Shown: one piece after another, positions 39,438-48,516 of the stretch
Layout: each line of letters begins with the position of its first letter
How positions within the stretch are numbered: position 1 is the stretch's first letter
Virus record (IMG/VR): IMGVR_UViG_3300031772_000022
Coordinates: 5,129 to 69,128 of that record
Length of the DNA: 64,000 nucleotides
Reading direction: 5' to 3' (one strand)
From: a virus
Translations under genes and position numbers: made by a program
The notes under the pieces: model-generated
What the model was told of the DNA's origin: nothing
Seen by the model: the letters and a program-made list of their open reading frames with translations, nothing else
Databases searched by the model: none

Positions 39438-40307
39438 TCACCCCGTCTCGGGCCAGCTGTCGTAGCGGATTCCGTCCAGAAAGTCCTCGACGGCCTCGAC
39501 GATCTCCGACTGGTCTTCAGAGTTCTGGACGACCTGGGACATCCTGTCGAGGGACTTCATGAACTTTGGTTTCGGAGGAGGTCCTGGGCGGCGGCGGCCC
39601 GACGACTCCGGCTTCTGCGAATCTCCGGAAGGGCTCCCCTTCGGCGCCCCGGCCTTAGGCGCTTCCTGCTTCTCGGGCTTCGGTTCAGCCTTTCCCGCAG
39701 GCTTTTCGTCCTTGATCAGCTTCTTGGACGGTCTCGCCGGACGGTCGTCCTCGGGAGTTTTCCTAAGCCGACCGCGCGGAGGGACACCGAACGCGTCTCC
39801 AAGCTCGTTCCAGTCGTCAGCGGGATCGTCCGGCAAAAGCCTTTCCGGCTTCTCGTCCGGTTTGTCATTCTCCGGCTTCTTGGCCTTCTCTTTCTTCTCG
39901 AGCTTCTTCTCCTGGTCGCGCTCCCACTTCTCCGACTTCTTCTCGAGCTTCGGGTCGACTTTCTTGTCGACAGTGACGGGCTTATCCTTCGCGCCCTTGT
40001 CGCGCTCCCAGTGCATACCCTTCTTGGAGTCGAAGAGCTTGCCGAACGCCTTGTCAATTCCGGACAGGTTCTTGATGTCTTCGAGCGCGGACTCGGCCTT
40101 ATCGGCCGGGACGTCGAAGACGAGCCCATCCTCCTCGTACTTCGGGTGCTTCCCGCCGTGCTTTTTGACGATGTCGACGACAGCTTCCTTCGACGCGCCA
40201 GGAAACTTGCCCGACTTCTCGAGCTTCCACATATCCGTCCCGCGGGCATATGGTATCTCTACGCGCGCCTGACCCTTCGCAATGCGAATGAGTCCGGCCA
40301 CGATCAT
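39438..40307 (-). CDS. Lys/Glu/Pro-rich low-complexity protein, possible internal virion protein
   Basis: Highly charged ORF. Start placed at ATG 40307 (MIVAGLIRIAKG) downstream of a late-motif-like site; the ORF track starts at 40343. Confidence 0.65.
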   Translation of the reverse strand: MIVAGLIRIAKGQARVEIPYARGTDMWKLEKSGKFPGASKEAVVDIVKKHGGKHPKYEEDGLVFDVPADKAESALEDIKNLSGIDKAFGKLFDSKKGMHWERDKGAKDKPVTVDKKVDPKLEKKSEKWERDQEKKLEKKEKAKKPENDKPDEKPERLLPDDPADDWNELGDAFGVPPRGRLRKTPEDDRPARPSKKLIKDEKPAGKAEPKPEKQEAPKAGAPKGSPSGDSQKPESSGRRRPGPPPKPKFMKSLDRMSQVVQNSEDQSEIVEAVEDFLDGIRYDSWPETG

Positions 40308-40348
40308 CGAGATACGAAGAAGCCTGACGGATGAGAGGCCCATGCGGC

Positions 40349-40936
40349 TCAGGCGTGCTGCGTGAGCTTTTCGAGAAGACCCTTGAACTTGGCCTCATCG
40401 CCGGAGTCGAGCGCCTTCTGAGCGTCGGCGAGCATCTTGGTAAGCATGGTCTTGCCGGTGCCCGACTGCGGGAGTGCCTGCTGCTCCTGCTGTCCCTGCT
40501 GCTCCTGCTGTCCGTAGCCCTGTTGCTGGGACTGCTGCTCCTGCTGCTCCTGCTCGCCCACGTTTGCCATGTTCGCGAGGACGAACTTGAGGTCGCGGAT
40601 GACGAGGGCCTTGTTCGGCGTCGACGACTTGTCGAGCTTCGAGGCGATCTGGCGAAGATGTTCGGCGGTCTGCTTGGGTCCCATTTGAGTCCTCCTGGAT
40701 GATCGTAGATTAAAAACAGCTGAAGACGCCGTCGAGGGCGTCCCAGTGCTCTTTTGAGCCCACTGGTCGCCTTCGGGCGTCTCAAAGACGGAAGCACGGT
40801 ACCCCTCGACGGTCAGGAAGCCGGAGAACTTGGCGCCGGAGAGGACGTCCGGAGGCAGCTTCTCTGTCTTCCACTGGCCCTGGGGATCAAGGTGCCACGC
40901 GATCCCGGGCGTCAGCGAGGGGCTGGCCTCAGCCAC
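40349..40936 (-). CDS. Hypothetical protein (195 aa) with a strong internal start at 40684 (111-aa Gln-rich product MGPKQTAEHLRQIAS...)
   Basis: GTG start overlaps the upstream stop. Internal AGGAGG-N6-ATG at 40684. Confidence 0.65.
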   Translation of the reverse strand: MAEASPSLTPGIAWHLDPQGQWKTEKLPPDVLSGAKFSGFLTVEGYRASVFETPEGDQWAQKSTGTPSTASSAVFNLRSSRRTQMGPKQTAEHLRQIASKLDKSSTPNKALVIRDLKFVLANMANVGEQEQQEQQSQQQGYGQQEQQGQQEQQALPQSGTGKTMLTKMLADAQKALDSGDEAKFKGLLEKLTQHA

Positions 40937-41453
40937 CTTCGGACTTGGTGTGGTGGCCCTTGCCGCGGCGGTCGAAGTAGAACGTTGCGTTCTTGCTCTG
41001 GTCGCCGTAGAGGCCGTGGACCGCCTTCTCGATGGCCTCGAGATCTTTGTCGAGGTCCGCGACGGTGTCCACCTCGGCGAAGACGCCGGCCACGTGCTCG
41101 GCGATCTTGGCGATGCGCGGACGGAGTCCGGCGAATTGCGGCTTCTCTGCCGCCTGGAGGGCCCGGTGAAGGCCCGCCGTGATGGCGAGGATGCGCTGAT
41201 AGCGCGCCGCCGGGACGACGGCCGCCGAATGGAGCTTCTTGATCTGCTCCTTCAGGAAGTCCGTGTCCTGCTTGTTCGAGTTCTCCCCGAAGCTCCCCTT
41301 GAAGCCGCTGGGCTTCTCGACCCCGCCCCCGAGAAGCTGGGCTTCGGCCTGAAGAACGTCCACCGTCCGGGACACGGCCTCGGACTGGGGATCAGTCTCG
41401 GCGAGCCTTTTGACGGCGGCAATGACCTTCTTGACCTGAGCGTGGTTGTTCAT
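40929..41453 (-). CDS. Hypothetical helical protein (174 aa)
   Basis: GAGG SD and late-motif upstream; strongly biased codons. Confidence 0.75.
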   Translation of the reverse strand: MNNHAQVKKVIAAVKRLAETDPQSEAVSRTVDVLQAEAQLLGGGVEKPSGFKGSFGENSNKQDTDFLKEQIKKLHSAAVVPAARYQRILAITAGLHRALQAAEKPQFAGLRPRIAKIAEHVAGVFAEVDTVADLDKDLEAIEKAVHGLYGDQSKNATFYFDRRGKGHHTKSEGG

Positions 41454-41493
41454 CGGGGTCCTCTTCTCACGAAGTATATCAACAGCTTATCGA

Positions 41494-42990
41494 TCAGCCG
41501 GCCTTCAAGAGACCCTCGACGGAGGCCTCCAGGTCGACATGGTGCTTCTTGGCCCGCTTACCCAGCTGGTAGTTGCGCATGGACTGTTCTGCCGCGGCGA
41601 TGAGGTGGTCCGCCGAGAACGTGGCGCAAACCCCGTCAAAACAGCCGGAGTCGACCGCGCGAATGACGCAGCTCTTGGCCACATCGCGCATGTAGGCGCC
41701 CGTAAAGCCGTCCGTCATCCCGATGACGTTCTTCCAGATCTCCGGAGTCACGGACGCGTCGGGCCCGGACTTGTAGGAGTCGAAGAACGTGACGAGCATC
41801 TTGTGGCGCTCCTCCTCGTCGGGGAACGGGATCTCCACCTTCACGTCGAAGCGCCCGGGGCGGTTGACAAGAGCCTCGTCCATGCAGCTGAAGTCGTTCG
41901 TCGAGGCCACGACCACGACGCCGAAGTTCTCCTGCGCGCCGTCAAGGCAGGCCAAGAACTCGTTGAGCACGGACTGGCTCGAAAGCCCCGAGCTCCGGTC
42001 CGCCCCGAAGAGGTCCATGTCCTCAATGAAGAGAATGCAGGGAGCGAGGGAGCGAGCCGCGGAGAAGAGGGCGGTGACGTGCTCGGCGTACTCGATGGAC
42101 TTTCCGGTGCACCAAATGCGCGTCATCTGCTGCTCGAGCTCGTGGGAGATCGCGCGGAAGATGCTCGTCTTCGCCATGCCGGGCGGCGAGATGAGGAGCG
42201 TGTTCCTGTTCGGGCACAGGTTGATGCTCGCCAGCGCCTCCATGTTGTTGAGGACGGACACCGTGTTCTGGCGTATCACGTCCTTGATCTGGGGTTTGAG
42301 GATGATCCCGCCCCAGGACGTCTTCGTGACGGCCGTGAAGTCGAGGTACCCCTTCGTGAACGTGAGGCATTGACGATGGTATATATCGTTCGCGACGAGC
42401 GACTGGGCGAGCGCTGCCAGGAAGTTCTCCGCCGCTGCCGCGCTGCCGGGACTCGACATGACCGTCAGGTTGCAGCTGAAGGGGTCGTCGTGGACGAAGT
42501 CGACGTTGACGAGGACCTGCTGGCCAGTTCCGCGGTCCTTCACGAAGAACGTCCCGAAGACCGGAAGCTTCATCGACTCCCCGAGCGCGATCGGGAGCAT
42601 GGCGGACTGGATGCGGAGCGCGTAGACGCCCTTGACCGCCTCCTTGAAGGCGTAAGAGTCGATGAAAGGGACAGCATCGTACGTGGAAGAGTCGCCGGTG
42701 AAGAGGCACCAGAAGGCGTACGCCATCTGTCCCTTCATCCAGGCCGGGCGCTTCTCGTTCAGCGTGACCGCCTGGTGAATCTCGCAGCCGAGCCAGAGCT
42801 CCTTAAGGTACCCGACCGGGTCGTACGGGATCTCCGGGCCACGGTCCATCGCGGCCATCCGGGCGTCAATCTTGGCGAAATAACTGTCGACCAGATAGTT
42901 AACGGCGCCTGAGAGGACGGGCGTGACGCCATACTCTTGTTCTTGGAGCTTTCCAAGGTACGACGCAGTCCTTTTCAGAAGGCCCTTCAT
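41494..42990 (-). CDS. AAA+ ATPase (classical clade, BCS1/Cdc48/FtsH-like module), 498 aa
   Basis: Walker A variant SPPGMAKTS, Walker B ILFIEDMD, 'LNEFLACLDG', second region of homology 'STN....DEALVNRPGRFD'. Confidence 0.9.
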   Translation of the reverse strand: MKGLLKRTASYLGKLQEQEYGVTPVLSGAVNYLVDSYFAKIDARMAAMDRGPEIPYDPVGYLKELWLGCEIHQAVTLNEKRPAWMKGQMAYAFWCLFTGDSSTYDAVPFIDSYAFKEAVKGVYALRIQSAMLPIALGESMKLPVFGTFFVKDRGTGQQVLVNVDFVHDDPFSCNLTVMSSPGSAAAAENFLAALAQSLVANDIYHRQCLTFTKGYLDFTAVTKTSWGGIILKPQIKDVIRQNTVSVLNNMEALASINLCPNRNTLLISPPGMAKTSIFRAISHELEQQMTRIWCTGKSIEYAEHVTALFSAARSLAPCILFIEDMDLFGADRSSGLSSQSVLNEFLACLDGAQENFGVVVVASTNDFSCMDEALVNRPGRFDVKVEIPFPDEEERHKMLVTFFDSYKSGPDASVTPEIWKNVIGMTDGFTGAYMRDVAKSCVIRAVDSGCFDGVCATFSADHLIAAAEQSMRNYQLGKRAKKHHVDLEASVEGLLKAG

Positions 42991-43013
42991 GTCAGATATG
43001 GGCTAGTGAAAGC

Positions 43014-43334
43014 CTAACCGACACTACCATCAGGAGGGGAACGGTCGTCCGGGTCGCTCTGATCCGGATCAACCTGCTCGACGTACTGGAGGAAAGCCTT
43101 CCGTGACGCCAGCTTCGAGCTACCCTCGCGGATCATATACTCCATGAGCCTCGACTCCCCGTCCTGGAAGGTATCGGAGGTGAAGGTCATACCGGATGGG
43201 TCGTCTGTCTGCAAAAGCTCGGCCGTCCCGTCAGAACCGACCTGGAGCGTAAGCCCAAGCGGATGCAGGATGGTCCTGTTGACTTCGAACAGCAGCCCGT
43301 TGTCCTTTAGAAACTGTAGGGGCAGTGTCTTCAC
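43014..43334 (-). CDS. Hypothetical phage protein (106 aa)
   Basis: 'GLLFEVNRTILHPLGLTL' ORF filling the gap; TACAAT immediately upstream. Confidence 0.7.
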   Translation of the reverse strand: MKTLPLQFLKDNGLLFEVNRTILHPLGLTLQVGSDGTAELLQTDDPSGMTFTSDTFQDGESRLMEYMIREGSSKLASRKAFLQYVEQVDPDQSDPDDRSPPDGSVG

Positions 43335-43365
43335 AATTGTACAGTTGTAATAAGGCGCTACGGGT

Positions 43366-43821
43366 ATGGATCCGCCTGATGGCCTTATCTACCAGAGCGA
43401 GCTCCCGTTTGAGCGCGACGCCGTCCAGTGCCGGGACGGAAAGTGGGTGTTCGTCAAGCTCCGAAAGGCGCCGTCGAGCATCGTAGCCGAGGCCGGCACG
43501 AGAAAGGAAATATTGGAGCTGGCCGAAGCGTCGGTGGAAATGCCGCTCTGGGAAGAGCACTACGTCGGCATGTCCATGATAAAGTGCGTCCCACCGAAAG
43601 GCGTCTACAGGCACCCACAGACGTGCTTCCTGGTCACAGACGGATCACCAATGCCGGGAAAGTCACGTACGGAGCCGGAAAGTCACGTGCGCTTGAAGAC
43701 ACTCCAGTCCGAGCCAGCCCCGGAGACCCCTCGGTCGGCAGAATGGCATGAAGAGCAGCGTCCGGCCGACTGGAAAGAACGAATGAAGAAGATAATCAAG
43801 AAGAAGGTTCAAGGCCTATGA
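43366..43821 (+). CDS. Hypothetical protein (151 aa)
   Basis: Divergent from the previous gene across an AT-rich spacer; fills the gap. Confidence 0.55.
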   Translation: MDPPDGLIYQSELPFERDAVQCRDGKWVFVKLRKAPSSIVAEAGTRKEILELAEASVEMPLWEEHYVGMSMIKCVPPKGVYRHPQTCFLVTDGSPMPGKSRTEPESHVRLKTLQSEPAPETPRSAEWHEEQRPADWKERMKKIIKKKVQGL

Positions 43822-44691
43822 GGCCATGGTCTCGAGGACCTTCTCTCGGTCGGCGGATATGAGGACCTTCACGGCCCCGAGAGCAGACTCCGGGACCGGC
43901 CATGATCCCCACTCTCCTCGCTCCCGGATGGGAATAACAGAGGCCCAGGTTCCAGCGCGAGGGTCTATGGCGAGGACGGCAGCGAGGACGTCATGGAGGG
44001 CCTTCCCGTCCGGGTGCTTGCCGAAGTAGCAGTCCATCCCCTCGCGCATGAGGTCCAGGCCACGGTGAGCTCCGGACGGGACGCTCGCGTGCATATCCTG
44101 ATCATAGCGGAAGCCGTGACAAACGTTCTTGGAGACCATGCGCGTCTTCCCCATTCGAAGGTGACCTAGGAGCTCCTTCGCCGCCGGAGTGTTCCCGTTA
44201 AGGTTGAACGTCGGGCACGTGATCTTGCCGCGGAACTTCTCGAGTCTATGCTCTTCAGGGACGACGTTATCCCCGGCAAAACCGCCCTGGCAAGTCCACT
44301 CCTTATACATGGTCGCGCCGCCGCTCTTGAGATAGCCGTTGTAAACGTTCGTCAAGGCGGCCCCGGTCACAAGGCACAGTCCCGAACGTCGACACTGATC
44401 GGCTATCATGGAGGCCGAGTCCATCAGCGGTGATGAGTCTTCGAGTGGGCCGAGCCAGTCGTAATGAAACTGCGATACATGCCTCTTCGGACTCGGATTC
44501 ATGGACCCGCCGACCGCCACATGGTCGGCTTGCACCAGCTTGAGAACATGCTTGACGACGGCAATCTGGTCCCACCCTCCGGGATGGACGGTCACCAGCC
44601 GAAGGTTGACCCGAGGGTGGCTCGCAAGAAGGCAAAGGGCGAGGACGTCGTCCGGGTCGGCCGTCTCCATGTCGAAGTGTAAATCGATCAT
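43816..44691 (-). CDS. Inosine/uridine-preferring nucleoside hydrolase family protein (291 aa)
   Basis: N-terminal Asp cluster 'DMETADPDDVLAL', 'TGALTN', 'QGG', 'FNL', C-terminal 'LHDVLAA'. Confidence 0.85.
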   Translation of the reverse strand: MIDLHFDMETADPDDVLALCLLASHPRVNLRLVTVHPGGWDQIAVVKHVLKLVQADHVAVGGSMNPSPKRHVSQFHYDWLGPLEDSSPLMDSASMIADQCRRSGLCLVTGAALTNVYNGYLKSGGATMYKEWTCQGGFAGDNVVPEEHRLEKFRGKITCPTFNLNGNTPAAKELLGHLRMGKTRMVSKNVCHGFRYDQDMHASVPSGAHRGLDLMREGMDCYFGKHPDGKALHDVLAAVLAIDPRAGTWASVIPIRERGEWGSWPVPESALGAVKVLISADREKVLETMAS

Positions 44692-44697
44692 GTGAGG

Positions 44698-44707
44698 ATC
44701 GTACGCT
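44698..44707. promoter_or_regulatory. Overlapping divergent -10 elements (TACGAT minus, TACGCT plus) serving two apparently leaderless genes
   Basis: atcgtacgct: minus-strand hexamer is 6 nt from ATG 44691; plus-strand hexamer is 5 nt from ATG 44713. Confidence 0.55.
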
Positions 44708-44712
44708 CGGAC

Positions 44713-45831
44713 ATGGAAAGCCTCTTCACCGGGACGAGCGCGCAGGCGAGGGAATATCAGGAGAGAATCTGCCGAAAGGTCCTTTCGATGATGGACGGGA
44801 CGTGGCAGGCGAGGGATAGCCGGGTCCCCGACGCCGCAAAGTCAGTCCTGATCGAGGCCCCCACAGGGTCCGGAAAGACGGTCATGGCCCTCGCCATCGC
44901 GCAGTGGGGTGCGGCGCATGGGCAGCGCGTCGGGTTCGTCGCCATGCGCCGCAATCTGCTGACGCAGGCGGCATCGATGAAGGACCACTTCGGGTTCAGC
45001 ATTCCGAACATGCGCTTCATCTCCATGTTCGACGCCGAACCCCCGACGGACGTGGACTGGCTGATCGTGGACGAGGCGCAGCACGACAGCACGACGAGCA
45101 TGGCGCACATCCACGCGATGATCCGTCCGAAGAAGGTCATCGGTCTGTCGGCCACGCCGTACAGGTCGGACCACGCTCAGCTCGCGTTCGAGCGCGTCGT
45201 CCGGGACGTAGGAATCCACACCCTCATTCAGGAGGGATGGCTGTCCGAGTACGATCATTACACCATCCCGAAGTACTCTCCGGAGGCTATCGCCAACCTC
45301 TTCAAGGCCGACCGGGGCAAGTGGGGGAAGTCGGTCGTGTTCTTCCTCACAAAGAGCGACTGCGACAGGGCGTCAGAGCTGCTCACCGCTGCGAAGGTAA
45401 GCAACGAGGTCGTGTGGGGCGGGTCCGACCGCGAGGCGCAGATTGACGCCTTCCGGAAGGGGAAGGTCCAGGTGTTGGTGTCCATGAGCATTCTATCCGA
45501 AGGGTTCGACGCGGACGACATGAAGACCGTCTTCATCCGTCCGTCGTCCCGGCTTCCGGCGGTCCAGATGGGAGGGAGGGTCCTCAGGAAGCATGAAGAC
45601 CACCTCTTCAAGCAGATAGTCCAGTGCCAGGACACTCGACACCCGTTCGTCAAGACGGCGCGGGCGAAGAGCGCGTGGGTGCAGGTCGGGGACGAGTTCC
45701 GGTCCCTTACGAAGAACGAGAACATCGAAGCGACCGCACGCCATTACGCCCGGCAGGTGGTCCACGCGGACTCTGCCCTGCCGGCGTTCATGCTGAAGCG
45801 TAAATCCAAGAGGCGCTCGCGTAGTGTATAA
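44713..45831 (+). CDS. SF2 DExH helicase (ResIII / UvsW-like)
   Basis: APTGSGKT, IVDEAQH, GLSATPYRSD, 'ILSEGFD', 'QMGGRVLR'. Start placed at ATG 44713; the ORF track starts at GTG 44692. Confidence 0.9.
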   Translation: MESLFTGTSAQAREYQERICRKVLSMMDGTWQARDSRVPDAAKSVLIEAPTGSGKTVMALAIAQWGAAHGQRVGFVAMRRNLLTQAASMKDHFGFSIPNMRFISMFDAEPPTDVDWLIVDEAQHDSTTSMAHIHAMIRPKKVIGLSATPYRSDHAQLAFERVVRDVGIHTLIQEGWLSEYDHYTIPKYSPEAIANLFKADRGKWGKSVVFFLTKSDCDRASELLTAAKVSNEVVWGGSDREAQIDAFRKGKVQVLVSMSILSEGFDADDMKTVFIRPSSRLPAVQMGGRVLRKHEDHLFKQIVQCQDTRHPFVKTARAKSAWVQVGDEFRSLTKNENIEATARHYARQVVHADSALPAFMLKRKSKRRSRSV

Positions 45832-45832
45832 T
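45827..45832 (+). promoter_or_regulatory. Perfect TATAAT -10 hexamer upstream of the DUF932-like gene
   Basis: TATAAT in otherwise GC-rich sequence, 39 nt upstream of ATG 45872. No consensus -35. Confidence 0.5.
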
Positions 45833-45871
45833 CCCGGGGATCCCCCTCCCCCAGATACCAGGAGACAGACG

Positions 45872-46999
45872 ATGTCAGAAGAGAATCCTCAGGTCCACGT
45901 GTCACATCAGAGCCGCCTCGGCCACAGCACCTCCAAGGAGATCGCCCCGCTGGAGTACAAGATCGCCCGCCTGGAGAAGGCCAAGATGACGGCCATCGGC
46001 AGCGAAAAGCAGCCGCTCCGAGCCATGCTCAAGGTCGGAGGCCAGTCCTTCGAGACGACGCAGCGGTTCTGGAACTCGTTCATGGCCCGGTTCGGCCTCT
46101 CCGAGTCCGTCTTCCGGTACTTCAACCACCAGGAGGTCCTCGACCGCATCTGCGAGCGGAAGCCGGACACGGAGCTTCGCTTCTGCCTCGATCCGGAGAG
46201 CAAGCTCGCCTTCGCGGTCTCGAACCCGAAGAGCCCGGTCGTCCGGCCCGAGTCCTTCATGGAGATCGCGCGCAAGTACCGCGGCTCCGACGTGCAGTAC
46301 GCCCGCGGCGTGGTCCTCAGCACCTACGTCCCGCCGTCCGGCGAGCGCAACATGAGCATCGGCCCCGATATGTTCGCGAACCGCTTCGTCGTCGAGACCC
46401 CGCTCGACGGGTACGGCAAGCCGTCGATCTACCTGTCGCTGCTCCGCCAGGTCTGCTCCAACGGCAACGTGGCGTACGCCCCGGCCTTCCGGAACGACAT
46501 CACCCTCGGCGACGACCCCGGGTACGCCATCGGCCGTGCCCTGGAGAGCTTCGACTCGGACGAGGGTTACAGCGCCGTCCGCCAGCGGTTCCAGGCCGCA
46601 CAGTCCTCCCCCGCGTCGCTCTGGGAGTGCCGAAAGCTGTTCCAGACCGTCCGGAGGATCGACGACAAGGGAAGCCTCATCCTGAAGGCGTACGAGAAGG
46701 TCGTCGGGGACATCTATGGCCAGTACGGCGTGGCGAACTTCGACGCCATCACGGAGAAGAAGCTCCGGCTCCTGCCGGCAAAGTGCAAGGTCTACGACCT
46801 CATCAACCTCGCCAGCGAGGTCGCCACCCACCGTTCGGCCGGGATTCAGTCCATGGCGCTCCAGGCGTGGCTCGGGACGACGATCTCCGAGGAATACGAC
46901 CTCGAGGGGACGTCCGACAAGAAGGAGGACTTCGAGGGAGTCTTCGTCAAGGACCGCGATCGTCACCCGCAGCGCCCGCGCCGACGCGGCGCGAACTGA
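45872..46999 (+). CDS. DUF932-like protein
   Basis: 'LLRQVCSNG' matches the R.VC.NG signature of DUF932-type phage/plasmid proteins; 'VYDLINLASEVATH'. AGGAG SD before ATG 45872. Confidence 0.6.
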   Translation: MSEENPQVHVSHQSRLGHSTSKEIAPLEYKIARLEKAKMTAIGSEKQPLRAMLKVGGQSFETTQRFWNSFMARFGLSESVFRYFNHQEVLDRICERKPDTELRFCLDPESKLAFAVSNPKSPVVRPESFMEIARKYRGSDVQYARGVVLSTYVPPSGERNMSIGPDMFANRFVVETPLDGYGKPSIYLSLLRQVCSNGNVAYAPAFRNDITLGDDPGYAIGRALESFDSDEGYSAVRQRFQAAQSSPASLWECRKLFQTVRRIDDKGSLILKAYEKVVGDIYGQYGVANFDAITEKKLRLLPAKCKVYDLINLASEVATHRSAGIQSMALQAWLGTTISEEYDLEGTSDKKEDFEGVFVKDRDRHPQRPRRRGAN

Positions 47000-47035
47000 C
47001 CTGGAGGTCCGTCATGGCCTGGTGTAATCCAGTCC

Positions 47036-47506
47036 ATGACGGACCAAAAGGATTATGATCATATCCGAATCGTGAACGTCGAGGAGCCCGCCATGGGCTC
47101 GGCCGAGGACGTTCGGAAGACCCTGTCCCAACTCTCGTTCGCGCCGTCGTGCGTGGACATGGGATGGGAGTGGGAGGTGGAAGTCGTCTACAGGATGGAC
47201 GCCGAGAACCCGCTGCCGGGGAGACCGCAAATGGTGGGCTGCAGCTACCGCCTCCGGACCACGTTCATGCGGCCGGACAGGGAGACGAGGGAGATCAAGA
47301 AAGGGTTCGGTCGCTGGTGGGAGGTCCCACTGGACGTGACCGTCTCAGGGGTTGTGAAAACGGCCTTTGCCGCCGCCAAGATGATCCTCGAGCATGAGCT
47401 TATGGAGAGCTTCAAATGGCGAGACGCCCGCGTGTTCGATCCGCACCACACGGTCGGAGAGCTGGCCTCAATCCAGCCGGGCCGTTACACCGACTCCATT
47501 CTGTAA
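47036..47506 (+). CDS. Hypothetical phage protein (156 aa)
   Basis: 'RPDRET......GRWW....SGVVKTAFAA......HELMESF......FDPH' pattern; fills the gap. Confidence 0.75.
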   Translation: MTDQKDYDHIRIVNVEEPAMGSAEDVRKTLSQLSFAPSCVDMGWEWEVEVVYRMDAENPLPGRPQMVGCSYRLRTTFMRPDRETREIKKGFGRWWEVPLDVTVSGVVKTAFAAAKMILEHELMESFKWRDARVFDPHHTVGELASIQPGRYTDSIL

Positions 47507-47512
47507 TATCGA

Positions 47513-47926
47513 TCATTTCTCCGCGTGACATGACTTTCCTCTCTGGGTCTTGTTCGCGGCCACCATGTGACGGCGACAACCGCGAAGCCGAAAGGCTATG
47601 GCGCCGTCGAAGGGGTCCAGTTCGGCCATCAGCTCGGGGTACGGGCTCGGCATCAGGCCGTGGACGTCGGCGGAGACGCGGTCCCACCGGTCGATTTCGG
47701 CCTGGGAGGTGACTATCTTCTGGCCGCGGCGGGCCTTGTCGCCCATCAGGTTGACGTACTTCTGGAGAGAGTTTTTGAACTTGGCGAGGGCGCTTCGGAA
47801 CGCTTCCGGAGGGCCCTCCGCGTGGGCGGACACGAGGGCACGGGCGTCGGCCTCCACAGCATCTCCAGCCACGGCCGTCTCCTCGCGCAGCTTTCCGTCA
47901 CCCGGGACTTTCGGTCTTGAGGTCAT
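47513..47926 (-). CDS. Hypothetical protein (137 aa)
   Basis: ORF with TACTTT 5 nt upstream of the ATG; fills the gap. Confidence 0.55.
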   Translation of the reverse strand: MTSRPKVPGDGKLREETAVAGDAVEADARALVSAHAEGPPEAFRSALAKFKNSLQKYVNLMGDKARRGQKIVTSQAEIDRWDRVSADVHGLMPSPYPELMAELDPFDGAIAFRLRGCRRHMVAANKTQRGKSCHAEK

Positions 47927-47956
47927 GACCGAAAGTACAGCCAGGGCGAACGGGAT

Positions 47957-48442
47957 CTAGGTCCTGAAAAAAGACCGGGAGCTCACAAGGAAATTGCACG
48001 ATATGGAGACGCGAAGCCCGTCCGACTCGTTCACCTCGACGCTGTGGGTAAGGCTCCCGTCAAAGGTGAGGAGGAGCCCTGGCTCCGGCTCTATGCGTCG
48101 GCCTCGAACGCCGGGAAAGACGATGGCCGCGGCCGGGCGGGGGACTTGGATATAGTATGCGGCTGAGACCCGGCCCGGGTTGTGCTTGTGCTGGCGGTTG
48201 AAATGCCCCTTCCCGTTGACGATAGCCCATAGCTCGTCAAAACCGCCGACTTCCTTTCGAAGGAAGGCGGACAGTGCGTCGAACCCGGGAAGGACCGCGG
48301 TGCTGAGGTCGTGACTGTGCCATCCGCCAACAGAGCTCTTCCCGGGCCTCCCGAGGTCGGTGCGGCGAAGGAGGTCAATCGAGTCCAGGATGTCCCGATT
48401 GGTCCTTTCAAAGCCGGGAAGGTACGACCGTCTGATGTCCAT
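47957..48442 (-). CDS. Putative 2OG-Fe(II) oxygenase (TIGR02466-like)
   Basis: 'SSVGGWHS', HxH (HKH), 'SAAYY', 'PEPGLLLTF...L.HSV..N.....RVSISCN'. Confidence 0.85.
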   Translation of the reverse strand: MDIRRSYLPGFERTNRDILDSIDLLRRTDLGRPGKSSVGGWHSHDLSTAVLPGFDALSAFLRKEVGGFDELWAIVNGKGHFNRQHKHNPGRVSAAYYIQVPRPAAAIVFPGVRGRRIEPEPGLLLTFDGSLTHSVEVNESDGLRVSISCNFLVSSRSFFRT

Positions 48443-48516
48443 TCAGCGCCAAGACGGTACAGGAGAGCGTTGAGACTGGAGTACATCCGCCGATTTACTC
48501 GGATGTACGGTCCCGG

